DNA of 64,000 nucleotides. Origin: Planctomycetota bacterium. Lineage in GTDB: Bacteria > Planctomycetota > UBA11346. Shown here piece by piece: positions 49,072 through 58,187 of this stretch. A program made the translations under genes and the position numbers. Position 1 is the first letter of the stretch; each line of letters opens with the position of its first letter. Under the pieces are notes generated by a model. The model worked only from the letters and a program-made list of their open reading frames with translations, was not told where the DNA came from and searched no databases. The stretch lies in NCBI GenBank assembly GCA_038231435.1, contig JBBRLJ010000011.1:55721-119720 (forward strand). The letters are read 5' to 3'.

Positions 49072-49137
49072 CCGGTGCTCCGCTTCCACGAGATTCCCAG
49101 AGCACCGCTTACCGGGGGTCCGCCGAGGAATAGAGGC

Positions 49138-49905
49138 CTATGATACCGGGTTTCCAGGCGTGGAGCCCCCGCTCTGCGCGACCTTCCACGAACGGTTCCG
49201 CGAACGCAGCCAGCGCACGCCGAAGCAATCGCGTAGCCCCGACCACAGGCGGTTATGGATGCCGTACTTGCTCGCGCCTCCGGCGCGAGGGCGATGGTTG
49301 ACCGGGATCTCGGCGATGGTGTACCCTCTCATCGATACCAGGGTCGGCAGGAAGCGGTGGTTGCCGTGGAAGAACGGCAGATCGACGACGCACTCGCGGC
49401 GCGCGACGCGCGTCGAGCATCCCACGTCGCTGACCGAACGGCCGGTGACCCAGTTGCGGAAACCATTGCCGATGCGCGAGCTGATCTTGCGCACAATGCT
49501 GTCGGCACGCTTGGCGCGGATGCCATTGACCATGTCCACCTTGCGCTCCAGGGCATGGGCGAGCTGCTTGCGCAGGTCAGCCGGATCGTTCTGGCCGTCG
49601 CCATCTACGGTGCCGATCCACTGGCCGCGGGCATGCTTGAAGCCGGCGGCGAAGCCGGCGGACTGGCCGTGGTTGCGATCGAAGCTGATCCAGCGGTGCG
49701 GCGCCGGCAGCGCCTTGATGATGGCGAGGGTCTTGTCGGTCGAACCGTCATCGATCCACAACGCTTCCCACGCGTAGTCCACGCCTGCGAACGCACGGTC
49801 GATCTCTGCCGCGAGCGCGGGAACCGTCTCCTCCTCGTTCTTCACCGGGATCACCAGGCTGAAGAATGGCGGTGCATCGCCGACGGAGTTGGCGGAATCG
49901 CTCAT
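49138..49905 (-). CDS. GT2 polyprenyl-phosphate glycosyltransferase (DPM1/ArnC-like)
   Basis: VIPVKNE, IDDGSTD, NHGQSA, DGDGQNDP, DVGC, HRFLP, HRPR..G.SKY. Confidence 0.92.
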   Translation of the reverse strand: MSDSANSVGDAPPFFSLVIPVKNEEETVPALAAEIDRAFAGVDYAWEALWIDDGSTDKTLAIIKALPAPHRWISFDRNHGQSAGFAAGFKHARGQWIGTVDGDGQNDPADLRKQLAHALERKVDMVNGIRAKRADSIVRKISSRIGNGFRNWVTGRSVSDVGCSTRVARRECVVDLPFFHGNHRFLPTLVSMRGYTIAEIPVNHRPRAGGASKYGIHNRLWSGLRDCFGVRWLRSRNRSWKVAQSGGSTPGNPVS

Positions 49906-50017
49906 GGCGATCCAGGGTGAATCGGCAAGCCTGCTACGCAAGTTGCCATTCGCGAACCAGCCACAGCGAGCCTGGTTGCCACGTGGCTAGAATCGAAGTG
50001 ATGGTCGGAACGGTGGC

Positions 50018-50647
50018 TCATTCGAGCAGGTCGATCCAGGTGCCGTCGCCATAGGGAGTGCGCGCGCGTAGCCATTCGCTCACTCGCTCATCGCGGGCGA
50101 TGCCGCGGTCCCCCTGCCAGCCATACACCAGGGCGGTACGGCCGTCGCGGTCCTTGCGCAGCGAGAACACCGGGAACAACCCAGTCTCGCCGCCGAGCGC
50201 ATTGAGCCGCGCGGCCTCGCGCTCGAGTTCGGCTTCGCGCTCGGGCGCGACCTGCGCTGGCGGCGTCACCAGCAGGATGAAGCGCCCTTCCTGGACGGTG
50301 ACCGGATTCGCCGCTGATGGGCGCGTAGCCGATGACGCCACGCGCAGCGCGTAACCCGGCGGCGGCAAGCGCGCCCAGCCGGAATCGGCGTCGACCACCA
50401 CGATGCGCCCCCCATGTGGGCCCCCGACCTCGTCGGCATAACGCATCTGCCACCAGCGATGACCGCTGGCGTCGGGCGACGCAGGCGGCAGCACCTCGAG
50501 CGGCGATCCCCAGCTCACGCCCTCGCGACGCTGGAAATTGTCGGCGACCGCCACCGCCTCCCCCTGCCCCAGGGATTGGCGCGGCTCACAGCCGACCAGG
50601 AGGGCGACGAGGACGGACACGGCCAGGATCCAGGGCGCGATGCGCAT
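50018..50647 (-). CDS. Hypothetical lipoprotein
   Basis: Signal peptide with lipobox LVGC. Confidence 0.7.
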   Translation of the reverse strand: MRIAPWILAVSVLVALLVGCEPRQSLGQGEAVAVADNFQRREGVSWGSPLEVLPPASPDASGHRWWQMRYADEVGGPHGGRIVVVDADSGWARLPPPGYALRVASSATRPSAANPVTVQEGRFILLVTPPAQVAPEREAELEREAARLNALGGETGLFPVFSLRKDRDGRTALVYGWQGDRGIARDERVSEWLRARTPYGDGTWIDLLE

Positions 50648-50819
50648 GGAACGAATTGAGTCCCGGCAGCGGGAAAAACAACCCCCCATTGTCACCGTTA
50701 TGCCACTGCCATGCCACCGATGCCACCGCGACCCTCACCCGCAAGGTGGCAGTCGCCCTGAGTCAGGAACCGCCTTGCACGCTGCGCCTGGGCTCAACGA
50801 TCCTCGGCGGGAACTGCCA

Positions 50820-51656
50820 ATGGCCATCATCGAGATGCACCACTTCAGCACGGCGCTGCAGCGTCACATCGGCCTGACGGTCATCGTGCCGGAAGGCCCA
50901 GGCCCGCACCCGGCGGTCTACCAGCTGCACGGACTCAGCGACGACCACACGGTGTGGTCACGGCGCACCTCCATCGAGCGTTACGCGGAGCGGCACGGCC
51001 TGCTGATAGCCATGCCCGAGGGCGGACGGTCGTTCTACTGCAACGCTCCTGGCGCGGTCGAGCGCGCCGAGGACCACATCCTCGAGACCATCGCCGTCGT
51101 CGATCGCACCTTCAAGACCATCCCGGAGCGCTCCGCGCGAGCCATCGGCGGCTTGTCCATGGGTGGCTACGGCGCGATGAAGATCGCCCTCAAGCACCCG
51201 CACCTGTTCGCCTCGGTGGTCTCGCACTCGGGATGCCCTGATTGCCGGGTCCGCTTCAAGAAAGATGGTTACCAGGATCTCATCCACGCCTTCGGCGACA
51301 GCATGCCGACGTCGGAGGATGCGCTGGCGCTGGCGACCAGGCTCAAGCGCAGCCGCGGCCCGCGCCCGGCGATCCTCTTCGACTGTGGCACCGAGGACTT
51401 CCTGCTGGATCAGAACCGCGTGTTCCGCGATCACCTCCAGCGCATCGGCCTCGCCCACGAGTACCGCGAGTTCCCCGGCGGGCACTCGTGGGAGTACTGG
51501 GACGAGCACGTGCAGGAAGCCCTGCTCTTCCATGTGGCGGCGTTCGCAGCGGCCAAGCGCGACCGCAACCAGAGGCCAGCCCGCTCCACGAAAAGCGCCG
51601 CGAAGAAGAGCGAGATGAAAAGCGCGAAAAAGAGCGCAAAGGCCCGCGCACCGTGA
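50820..51656 (+). CDS. Esterase (CE1/FrmB-like alpha/beta hydrolase)
   Basis: LHGLSDD, GGLSMGGYGA, DCGTEDF, GGHSWEYW. Confidence 0.9.
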   Translation: MAIIEMHHFSTALQRHIGLTVIVPEGPGPHPAVYQLHGLSDDHTVWSRRTSIERYAERHGLLIAMPEGGRSFYCNAPGAVERAEDHILETIAVVDRTFKTIPERSARAIGGLSMGGYGAMKIALKHPHLFASVVSHSGCPDCRVRFKKDGYQDLIHAFGDSMPTSEDALALATRLKRSRGPRPAILFDCGTEDFLLDQNRVFRDHLQRIGLAHEYREFPGGHSWEYWDEHVQEALLFHVAAFAAAKRDRNQRPARSTKSAAKKSEMKSAKKSAKARAP

Positions 51657-52690
51657 TCACCCGCACGGATTTCGCCGCCATCCAGCGCGCCTGGCCGAAA
51701 GCGTTCGCACGCGCGGAGACAGGTCCTGTCACGGGCGAAGTCACCTTGGCCGCAGGTGCGGACATCGCCGCCGCCTGGACTGGGAAACCGCGTCCCCCTG
51801 GACTGCGCCTCGCGGGCGAGTCGATCCGCCTCGCCGACAGCGCTGAAGGTCTCTCTCACCTGCAGACGAGCCATCAGCAGGTGAGCCAGGCCTCCGGCCC
51901 CGGACAGCTGCGCGGCCAGGTGGCCATCGTCAGCGGCGGCGCGAGCGGACTCGGGCTCGGCGTCGCCCTGGGATTGCATGCCGCGGGCGCGGCAGTGGCG
52001 TTCACCGACATCGACGCACAGGGCTTGGCCGCCGTCGACTCGCGGCTGGCGGGAGATCCCCGGGCGATGACCGTGGCGGTGGACGTGACGCGCGAGGATT
52101 CGGTCGCGGCCACCTTCGACGCCGTGATCCGGCGCTTCGGCCGCGTGGATTGCGTGGCCTGCTGCGCGGGGATCGCGCCCGCGTTCGAACTCGACGAATT
52201 CCCGCTGGAAAAATGGCGGCTCGCGCTCGAGGTGAACCTCACCGGCTACTTCCTGTTCGGTCGCGAGGCCGCCCGCGTGATGCGCGCTCAGGGCCATGGC
52301 GGGAGCATGGTCCTGCTGTCGTCCAAGAGTGGCCTCGAACCGAGCAAGGCGAACACCGCCTACAACGCCACCAAGGCGGGAGAGATCCACATGGCGCGCG
52401 GCTGGGCGCTGGAGCTCGGCGGCGACGGCATCCGCGTGAACTGCATCGCCCCCGGCAACGTCTTCGAGGGCTCGAAGATCTGGAACACCGAGTACATCGC
52501 CAAGATCGCCAAGAAACGCGGCATCCAGCCCGACCAGGTGATTTCCCACTACGTGGGCATGACCGCCCTCAACCGCGACATCAAGCCGGACGACATCGCC
52601 AACGCCGCCGTCTTCCTCGCCAGCGACGCCGCGCGCTGCGTGACCGGCCAGGTCCTGGTCGTGGATTCGGGACAGGTCTTCTCCCGCTAG
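51653..52690 (+). CDS. SDR family sugar(-phosphate) dehydrogenase with N-terminal extension
   Basis: GTGA overlap with the esterase; SGGASGLG, VNLTGYF, SSKSG, YNATK, GNVFEGSKIW. Confidence 0.88.
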   Translation: MITRTDFAAIQRAWPKAFARAETGPVTGEVTLAAGADIAAAWTGKPRPPGLRLAGESIRLADSAEGLSHLQTSHQQVSQASGPGQLRGQVAIVSGGASGLGLGVALGLHAAGAAVAFTDIDAQGLAAVDSRLAGDPRAMTVAVDVTREDSVAATFDAVIRRFGRVDCVACCAGIAPAFELDEFPLEKWRLALEVNLTGYFLFGREAARVMRAQGHGGSMVLLSSKSGLEPSKANTAYNATKAGEIHMARGWALELGGDGIRVNCIAPGNVFEGSKIWNTEYIAKIAKKRGIQPDQVISHYVGMTALNRDIKPDDIANAAVFLASDAARCVTGQVLVVDSGQVFSR

Positions 52691-52749
52691 CTTTTTGTTG
52701 GGGGGCTACGGCCCCCCAACATCGCGCTCCGCGCTGCCCCCTGGGAAGC
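52691..52749 (+). repeat. REP-like element family A, copy 3
   Basis: gttggggggcTACGgccccccaacatcgcgctccgcgctgccccctgggaagc after the SDR stop. Confidence 0.9.
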
Positions 52750-52918
52750 AGGGAACAGTGGGGTTTGGAAGCAGACGCCGGTGGCGCTGCTCGACATCAC
52801 TGCGTGCAGGCAAGTTTGTCAGTGTGTACGTGAGGAATCAGCAGCGCGAAGCGCCTGCTCTACCCACCCTTCTCCCTGGCTCCTGGGGGGCAGCGGCGGC
52901 GTGAGGCCCCGGTCGCTA

Positions 52919-52961
52919 GGGGCAGCGCGATGTTGGGGGGCCGTAGTCCCCCAACTGAAAG
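52919..52961 (-). repeat. REP-like element family A, copy 4 (variant), inverted relative to copy 3
   Basis: ggggcagcgcgatgttggggggccgtagtcccccaactgaaag. Confidence 0.85.
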
Positions 52962-53448
52962 CCTCCCAACCTAGAGTACTTCGACCACCATCTTGGTGTT
53001 CGGCGTGCCGCTCCAGCATTTCGCCATCAGGCAGAAATCGCGTGTGGGTTCGAGGCCGCGTTTAGGTCGGTGGTACCAGGTGTTGGGGACGGGGCGGAAA
53101 GGAAAATAATTTCGCCCTCCATCGCTCCAGTACAGGAGCAGACCTCCCGGCGGGGAGACTTCATGCACGCGGAAACAGCGGATGCCGGAGAACAGCTCTT
53201 TCGGAGACCGGCAGTGGAATACTTTGAAGAACAGGGACATCGCGCCTCCGACATGGAATCTACTCCCCTGAGTTTAAGAAACGGGGTCTCGACGACCAAA
53301 ACGGAATCTCGCATCCCGAACGGAGACGGCCGCCGCCTTAACCGCCAGGAGAGCACCTAGAATCAACCAGTGTGCAATGACGATGCAGCGAGGGTAGCCG
53401 GCGTGGACCTTGCTGTGGAACTTGCCGCGGGAGCAGGCTGGGCGGGCT

Positions 53449-54066
53449 TCAGCCCATGCCGAGTTCGTCGAGGCCGTCCTCATCGTAGCCGATGTAGTGT
53501 CCGAGCTCGTGGTAAAGCGTCTGCTTGACCTCGTCGGCGAGTTCGCGCGCGTTCGAGCTGTTGTGCTCGTGGGCGCGCCTGAACACGTAGATGCGCGGGC
53601 TGATCGATCCCGGCGCTGGTGACAGCCGATCGCCGCGTTCCACTCCGGCGAACAATCCCAGCAGTTCGGGCTCGCCGTGGTGCTCGATCAGTTCCGGCTC
53701 GGCGTAGTCCGCGAGCACCAGAGTCACCTCGCCCAGCACCGCCTTCAGGCGTTCGGGGAGCGCGCGTCCAGCCTCGTCGATCAGACGCTGGAAGCGCGGC
53801 CAACCCACGCGGTACGGCAGCGGCTGCGGATCGACCCGGCATCGCGAGGCCCGGGCGAAGCAGCGATCGGCCTCGAGCAGGTCGCCCCGCCGCTCGATGC
53901 AACAGGCGAGCGCGAACCAGGCCTCGCCATGGTCCGCATGGGCGTCGACGACCGCGCGCGCCAGCTTCGCGCCGCGGAGCGCATCGGCCTGCTGGTACGC
54001 CATCCACACCGGCGCCAGGGCCTCGGTGAGGGTTGAATCGGCGGTATCGTCGCTCTCGTCGGCCAT
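53449..54066 (-). CDS. Zincin-like metallopeptidase with N-terminal TPR
   Basis: LLGLF.G, RIYVFR, TLYHELGHY.G.DE; TPR 'HGEAWFALA'. Confidence 0.88.
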   Translation of the reverse strand: MADESDDTADSTLTEALAPVWMAYQQADALRGAKLARAVVDAHADHGEAWFALACCIERRGDLLEADRCFARASRCRVDPQPLPYRVGWPRFQRLIDEAGRALPERLKAVLGEVTLVLADYAEPELIEHHGEPELLGLFAGVERGDRLSPAPGSISPRIYVFRRAHEHNSSNARELADEVKQTLYHELGHYIGYDEDGLDELGMG

Positions 54067-54163
54067 GCCCACATTCAAGCGTCGCCGAGGCCCGGGGAAA
54101 GCGAAGCCCGGCGGTCACTCACACGGCCGATGCGCCAGCCGTGGCCCAGGCTATCCTGCCGGC

Positions 54164-55291
54164 GTGATCTACGCGGACTACAACGCCACGACCCCCTGCC
54201 TGCCCGCGGTGATCGCGGCGATGGCCGAGGCCCTGGCCGCCAGCGGCAATCCGAGCGCGCGCCACCACCTGCCCGGACGGACCGCGGCGGCATCCCTCGA
54301 ACTCGCGCGCGAGCGCGTGGCGGCGCTGCTGTCCACGCGACCCGAGCACATCATCTTCACCAGCGGCGCCACCGAGGCCTGCAACCTGGCAATCCTCGGG
54401 GTCGCCGAAAGGCTGCTCGCCAGCCGTCCGCGATTCATCACGGTCGCGACCGAGCACCACGCCGTGCTCGAGCCGCACCGCCGCCTGGCGGCCGCGGGGG
54501 CGACGGTCGAGGAGCTTGGCGTCGACCACGATGGCCGCCTCGATCCCACGCGCCTGGCAGCCGCCCTCGATGATCGTACCGCGCTTGTGTCGGTCATGCT
54601 GGTCAACAACGAGACCGGCGTCATCCAGGATCTTGCGGCGGTGGCTCGCGCAGCCCACGCGCGCGGCGCGCTGGTGCTGTGCGACGCCACCCAGGCGGCA
54701 GGCAGGATGCGGCTCGACCCGCTGGCGCTGGGCGTCGATTTCCTGGCGCTCTCTGCCCACAAGCTCTACGGGCCGCAAGGCAGCGGCGCGCTGTGGATCC
54801 GCTCCGGCCTCGCGATCGAAGCCCAGATCCACGGCGGCGGGCAGGAACGCGGATTGCGCTCGGGGACCCATAATCTTCCCGGGATTGTGGGGTTCGGCGT
54901 CGCCGCCGAGTCCGCCGCGCGCGAGCTCTCTGCCCGCATCGCGCACCTGCGAGCCCTCGTCTCCCGCCTAGATGCCGCCGTGATCGAGCGCATCCCCGGA
55001 GTGCTCGTGCAAGGCGGCCGCGCGGATCGCGCTCCGGGAACCAGCATGTTCACCGTGCCCGGCCTGCCGCGCGGGTGGCTGGCTCAGCTGGTCGACGTGG
55101 CCGCGTCAGGCGGATCGTCGTGTGCATCAGGGACCGGCAAGCCGAGCCACGTGCTCGCGGCCATGGGCACGGCGCCGGCCGACGCGGCGAACAGCGTGCG
55201 TATCGGCCTGGGCATCCCCACCACCATCGCCGACGTCGATGCGATCGCGGCCGCGCTGGCCAGCGGCGCCGCGCGCCTGCGCGCGGGCTGA
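54164..55291 (+). CDS. Cysteine desulfurase (IscS/NifS family)
   Basis: IYADYNATTP, GNPS, FTSGATE, NNETG, DATQ, SAHKLYGP, RSGT, SGGSSC. Confidence 0.93.
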   Translation: MIYADYNATTPCLPAVIAAMAEALAASGNPSARHHLPGRTAAASLELARERVAALLSTRPEHIIFTSGATEACNLAILGVAERLLASRPRFITVATEHHAVLEPHRRLAAAGATVEELGVDHDGRLDPTRLAAALDDRTALVSVMLVNNETGVIQDLAAVARAAHARGALVLCDATQAAGRMRLDPLALGVDFLALSAHKLYGPQGSGALWIRSGLAIEAQIHGGGQERGLRSGTHNLPGIVGFGVAAESAARELSARIAHLRALVSRLDAAVIERIPGVLVQGGRADRAPGTSMFTVPGLPRGWLAQLVDVAASGGSSCASGTGKPSHVLAAMGTAPADAANSVRIGLGIPTTIADVDAIAAALASGAARLRAG

Positions 55292-55322
55292 TCCCTACTC
55301 TAGGATCGCACTGATCGACGGC

Positions 55323-56606
55323 TCAGATCAAGCCGTCGCGGAACATCCGGCTCGGCAGGGCAAGGCGTCCCTGCGAGCCGGCCTGGGCGAGCGGCGCGCC
55401 GGCATCGGTGCGCAGCAAGACTCCCGCCTCCAGCCCGGCGACCGCGCGGCCTGACCACAGCTCGAGCGCCTGCGCGTGCGCCACCTCGAGCGCGGGAGCG
55501 CCGCGCTCGATCAGGGCCTGCGCGGCCCAGGGCTCGAGCCCGAAGCGCTCGTCACCGCCGGGCTCGTCGTGCTGATGGCCGCCGTGCTGATGATGGCCGC
55601 CGTGCCCCAGCAGCAGGCCGCGCGCGTCGGCGGGCAGGGCGCACGCGGCGACCTCGTCGGTTCCGGAGAGCACCGCATTACCGCGCCGCCAGCAGCGCAG
55701 CGGCGACCCGGGCAGCCAGCGAGACAGGGTCGCGTCGGTCGCGGGAGCCTGGCCGGCGATGGGCGTGGCCGGGCTGTCGCCAGGAGCGCGCAACAGGCAG
55801 GCGAAGAAGGGTTCCGTCCCCTGGCGCTGCGGCCACAGGCGCCAGCCGCCCGCGTCCTCGAAGGCGGGATCGCAGCCATCCAGCGCCATCCGCTCGATCG
55901 CCCAGCCCTCATGCGATGCCAGGAATGCGGCGACCACGCCTTCGTCCTCTTCGGCGTATGGCGTGCAGGTGCTATAGACCACTCGTCCGCCGGGCCGAGC
56001 CAGTCGCGCGGCCAGCGCGAGCAGGGCCACCTGGCGTTGAGCCATGCGCGCCACCTGCCGCGATGACCGCGGCTCGTGGCCGCTGCACGGCGCGTCGACC
56101 AGCACGCCGTCGGCGCAGGCGGGATGCCGCTCGGCGAGGGTCACCACCGGCATGGGCGTCACCAAGGCGCAGGCGACCCCCTGACGGGCGAGGTTCTCGA
56201 CCAGGACGCGCCGCCGTGGCGGCGAGGCGTCGGCGCAGATGAGCAGTCCACGGTCGCCGAGCGCCAAGCCGATCTGCGTGGATTTCGATCCCGGCGCGGC
56301 GCAGACATCGACGATGGTCTCGCCTGGAACCGGCGCGAGCAGCACCGCCGGCAGCTGGCTCGCGGCGTCCTGGGGATAGGCGGTGCCGGTATGGTAATCG
56401 AGCCTGCCGCCAGGATCGATGTCGGGTGCGTGGAAGCGTCCGTCGGGATTCCACGGGATGGCGGTCAATCCGCCCCAGCCCGAGGGACGGCCGCGGCGGG
56501 GATGTACGCGGATCGCGCGCCGGAACGGCCCGGCCACAGCGGCGAGGAATCCCTCGCCGTCGGGCAGACGTCGCGCGAGCTCGTCGAGCGCTGACTCCCG
56601 GATCAC
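55323..56606 (-). CDS. RsmB/RsmF (NOL1/NOP2) RNA m5C methyltransferase
   Basis: QDAAS, DVCAAPGSKS, VDAPCSG, YSTCT. Confidence 0.9.
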   Translation of the reverse strand: MIRESALDELARRLPDGEGFLAAVAGPFRRAIRVHPRRGRPSGWGGLTAIPWNPDGRFHAPDIDPGGRLDYHTGTAYPQDAASQLPAVLLAPVPGETIVDVCAAPGSKSTQIGLALGDRGLLICADASPPRRRVLVENLARQGVACALVTPMPVVTLAERHPACADGVLVDAPCSGHEPRSSRQVARMAQRQVALLALAARLARPGGRVVYSTCTPYAEEDEGVVAAFLASHEGWAIERMALDGCDPAFEDAGGWRLWPQRQGTEPFFACLLRAPGDSPATPIAGQAPATDATLSRWLPGSPLRCWRRGNAVLSGTDEVAACALPADARGLLLGHGGHHQHGGHQHDEPGGDERFGLEPWAAQALIERGAPALEVAHAQALELWSGRAVAGLEAGVLLRTDAGAPLAQAGSQGRLALPSRMFRDGLI

Positions 56607-56624
56607 GGACTATTCACAGCCTGA

Positions 56625-58022
56625 TCACAGCAGAGCGTGGAGCGCGCGAGCGAGCTTGGGCAGCTCCGGATCGCGGGCGCCCATCACCAGCACGGTATCC
56701 GAGGGGATCGCAGCGTCAGCGGTCCAGCTCAGCGCCTCGGCATGCGACGCAGCGTAGCCGCAGCGTAGCGCGGTCGGCAGATCGCCGGCGAGATCGCGGC
56801 TCGAGATGTCCTTCGCGACCGTCCCGCCGGCATAGAAGATCTCGGCGTAGCAGAAGCGGTCCTGGGGCCGCAGCACGGTGGGCAGCAACTCCTTCAGCTC
56901 CGGCCGCAGGAAGCGCGCGGGCCCATAGCCGTGCGGCTGGAAGATCGCGACCAGCCGGTCGCAGCCGGCTTGGGCCGCGAGGATCGCCGCGCGGATCTTC
57001 TCGCCGTTGTGCGCGTAGTCGTCGACCACCCGGATGCCGCTCTCGGTGGTGCCGACCACTTCGAAACGGCGCGCGACGCCGGGAAAGCTCGCCAGCGCGG
57101 CCTCGATGACGGCAGGAGCGATGCCCAGCGACAGGGCCAGCGCGACGGCGGCGGTGGCGTTCTCGAGATTGTGCGCGCCTGGTTGCGGCAGGTCGATCAT
57201 CAACTCGCCAGGCTCCTTCCCGCTCGGCTGCCTGCCCGTACATGCGATCACGCCGCGCGCGCGATCGGGTCCGACCGAGATCACCTCGAGCGCGATGTCC
57301 GCCGCGCCCGATCCGCCGTAGCCGATGACGCGCGGATGGCCGACGGCGAGCCGCGACGCCTCTGCGCATCCGCGATTGACCAGCAGCGTGGCGCACTGGC
57401 CGGCAAAGGTCGCGAACTGGGCGCGCAGCGTCTCGACCTCAGCGTGGTCGCGGCTGATGTTGTGGATCACCCCATAGCTGGGATGGTAGCCGATCAGGGT
57501 GCCGTCGGACTCGCATGCCTCGGCCACCACCAAGCCGTCGCGCGGCCCGGCCGTGGAGCCGCCGGAAGCAGATGCACCCGCCTCTCCAGCCAATGCAGCG
57601 CCACCGAGCACCGAGGCCGGCTTGCCGGCACGGTGCAGGATCCAGGCGAGCATCCCGGTGATGGTGCTCTTGCCTGAGGTGCCGGCGATGGCGATCCCCG
57701 GGTGGCCGCCATCGACCACCTCGGACAGCAGGCGCGGGCGCGGCACCAGCTCGATGCCGAGCTCTTTCGCCCGGCGCACCTCCGGGGTGTCCTGCTCGAC
57801 CGCGGTCGAGTAGACGAAGCGCTCGATGCCCGCCTTCACCCCGGCGCCATCCTGCGGCACCACCGCGATGCCGAGCGATATCAGACGCTGCTTCAGCTCC
57901 GCCTGCTTCCCCTGATCGAATCCCCGATCAGAGCCGGAAACCTCATGCCCCCACGCCTTCATCAGCTGGGCGAGCGGATTCATCCCCGCCCCCGCGATGC
58001 CCGAAAAGAAGTACCTCGCCAT
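56625..58022 (-). CDS. Mur ligase, MurC/Mpl-like
   Basis: GIAGAGM, GSD, IAGTSGKST, HNLEN, GVARRFE, DDYAH, FQPH, MGA. Confidence 0.88.
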   Translation of the reverse strand: MARYFFSGIAGAGMNPLAQLMKAWGHEVSGSDRGFDQGKQAELKQRLISLGIAVVPQDGAGVKAGIERFVYSTAVEQDTPEVRRAKELGIELVPRPRLLSEVVDGGHPGIAIAGTSGKSTITGMLAWILHRAGKPASVLGGAALAGEAGASASGGSTAGPRDGLVVAEACESDGTLIGYHPSYGVIHNISRDHAEVETLRAQFATFAGQCATLLVNRGCAEASRLAVGHPRVIGYGGSGAADIALEVISVGPDRARGVIACTGRQPSGKEPGELMIDLPQPGAHNLENATAAVALALSLGIAPAVIEAALASFPGVARRFEVVGTTESGIRVVDDYAHNGEKIRAAILAAQAGCDRLVAIFQPHGYGPARFLRPELKELLPTVLRPQDRFCYAEIFYAGGTVAKDISSRDLAGDLPTALRCGYAASHAEALSWTADAAIPSDTVLVMGARDPELPKLARALHALL

Positions 58023-58127
58023 CGTCGCGCAGCTTTCGCCGCAGGGCCGCTCCCACAAGGGTCAGGTCATCGCGCGCCCAGGAACCAGTCGACGAGCGGC
58101 CCCTGTCTCCAGCCCTCCCTGCGGTCG

Positions 58128-58187
58128 GCTTCCCAGGGGGCAGCGCAGAGCGCGATGTTGGGGGGGCCGTAGCCCCCCAACTGAAAG
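58128..58187 (-). repeat. REP-like element family A, copy 5
   Basis: Minus strand ctttcagttggggggcTACGgcccccccaacatcgcgctctgcgctgccccctgggaagc directly after the stop at 58188. Confidence 0.9.
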
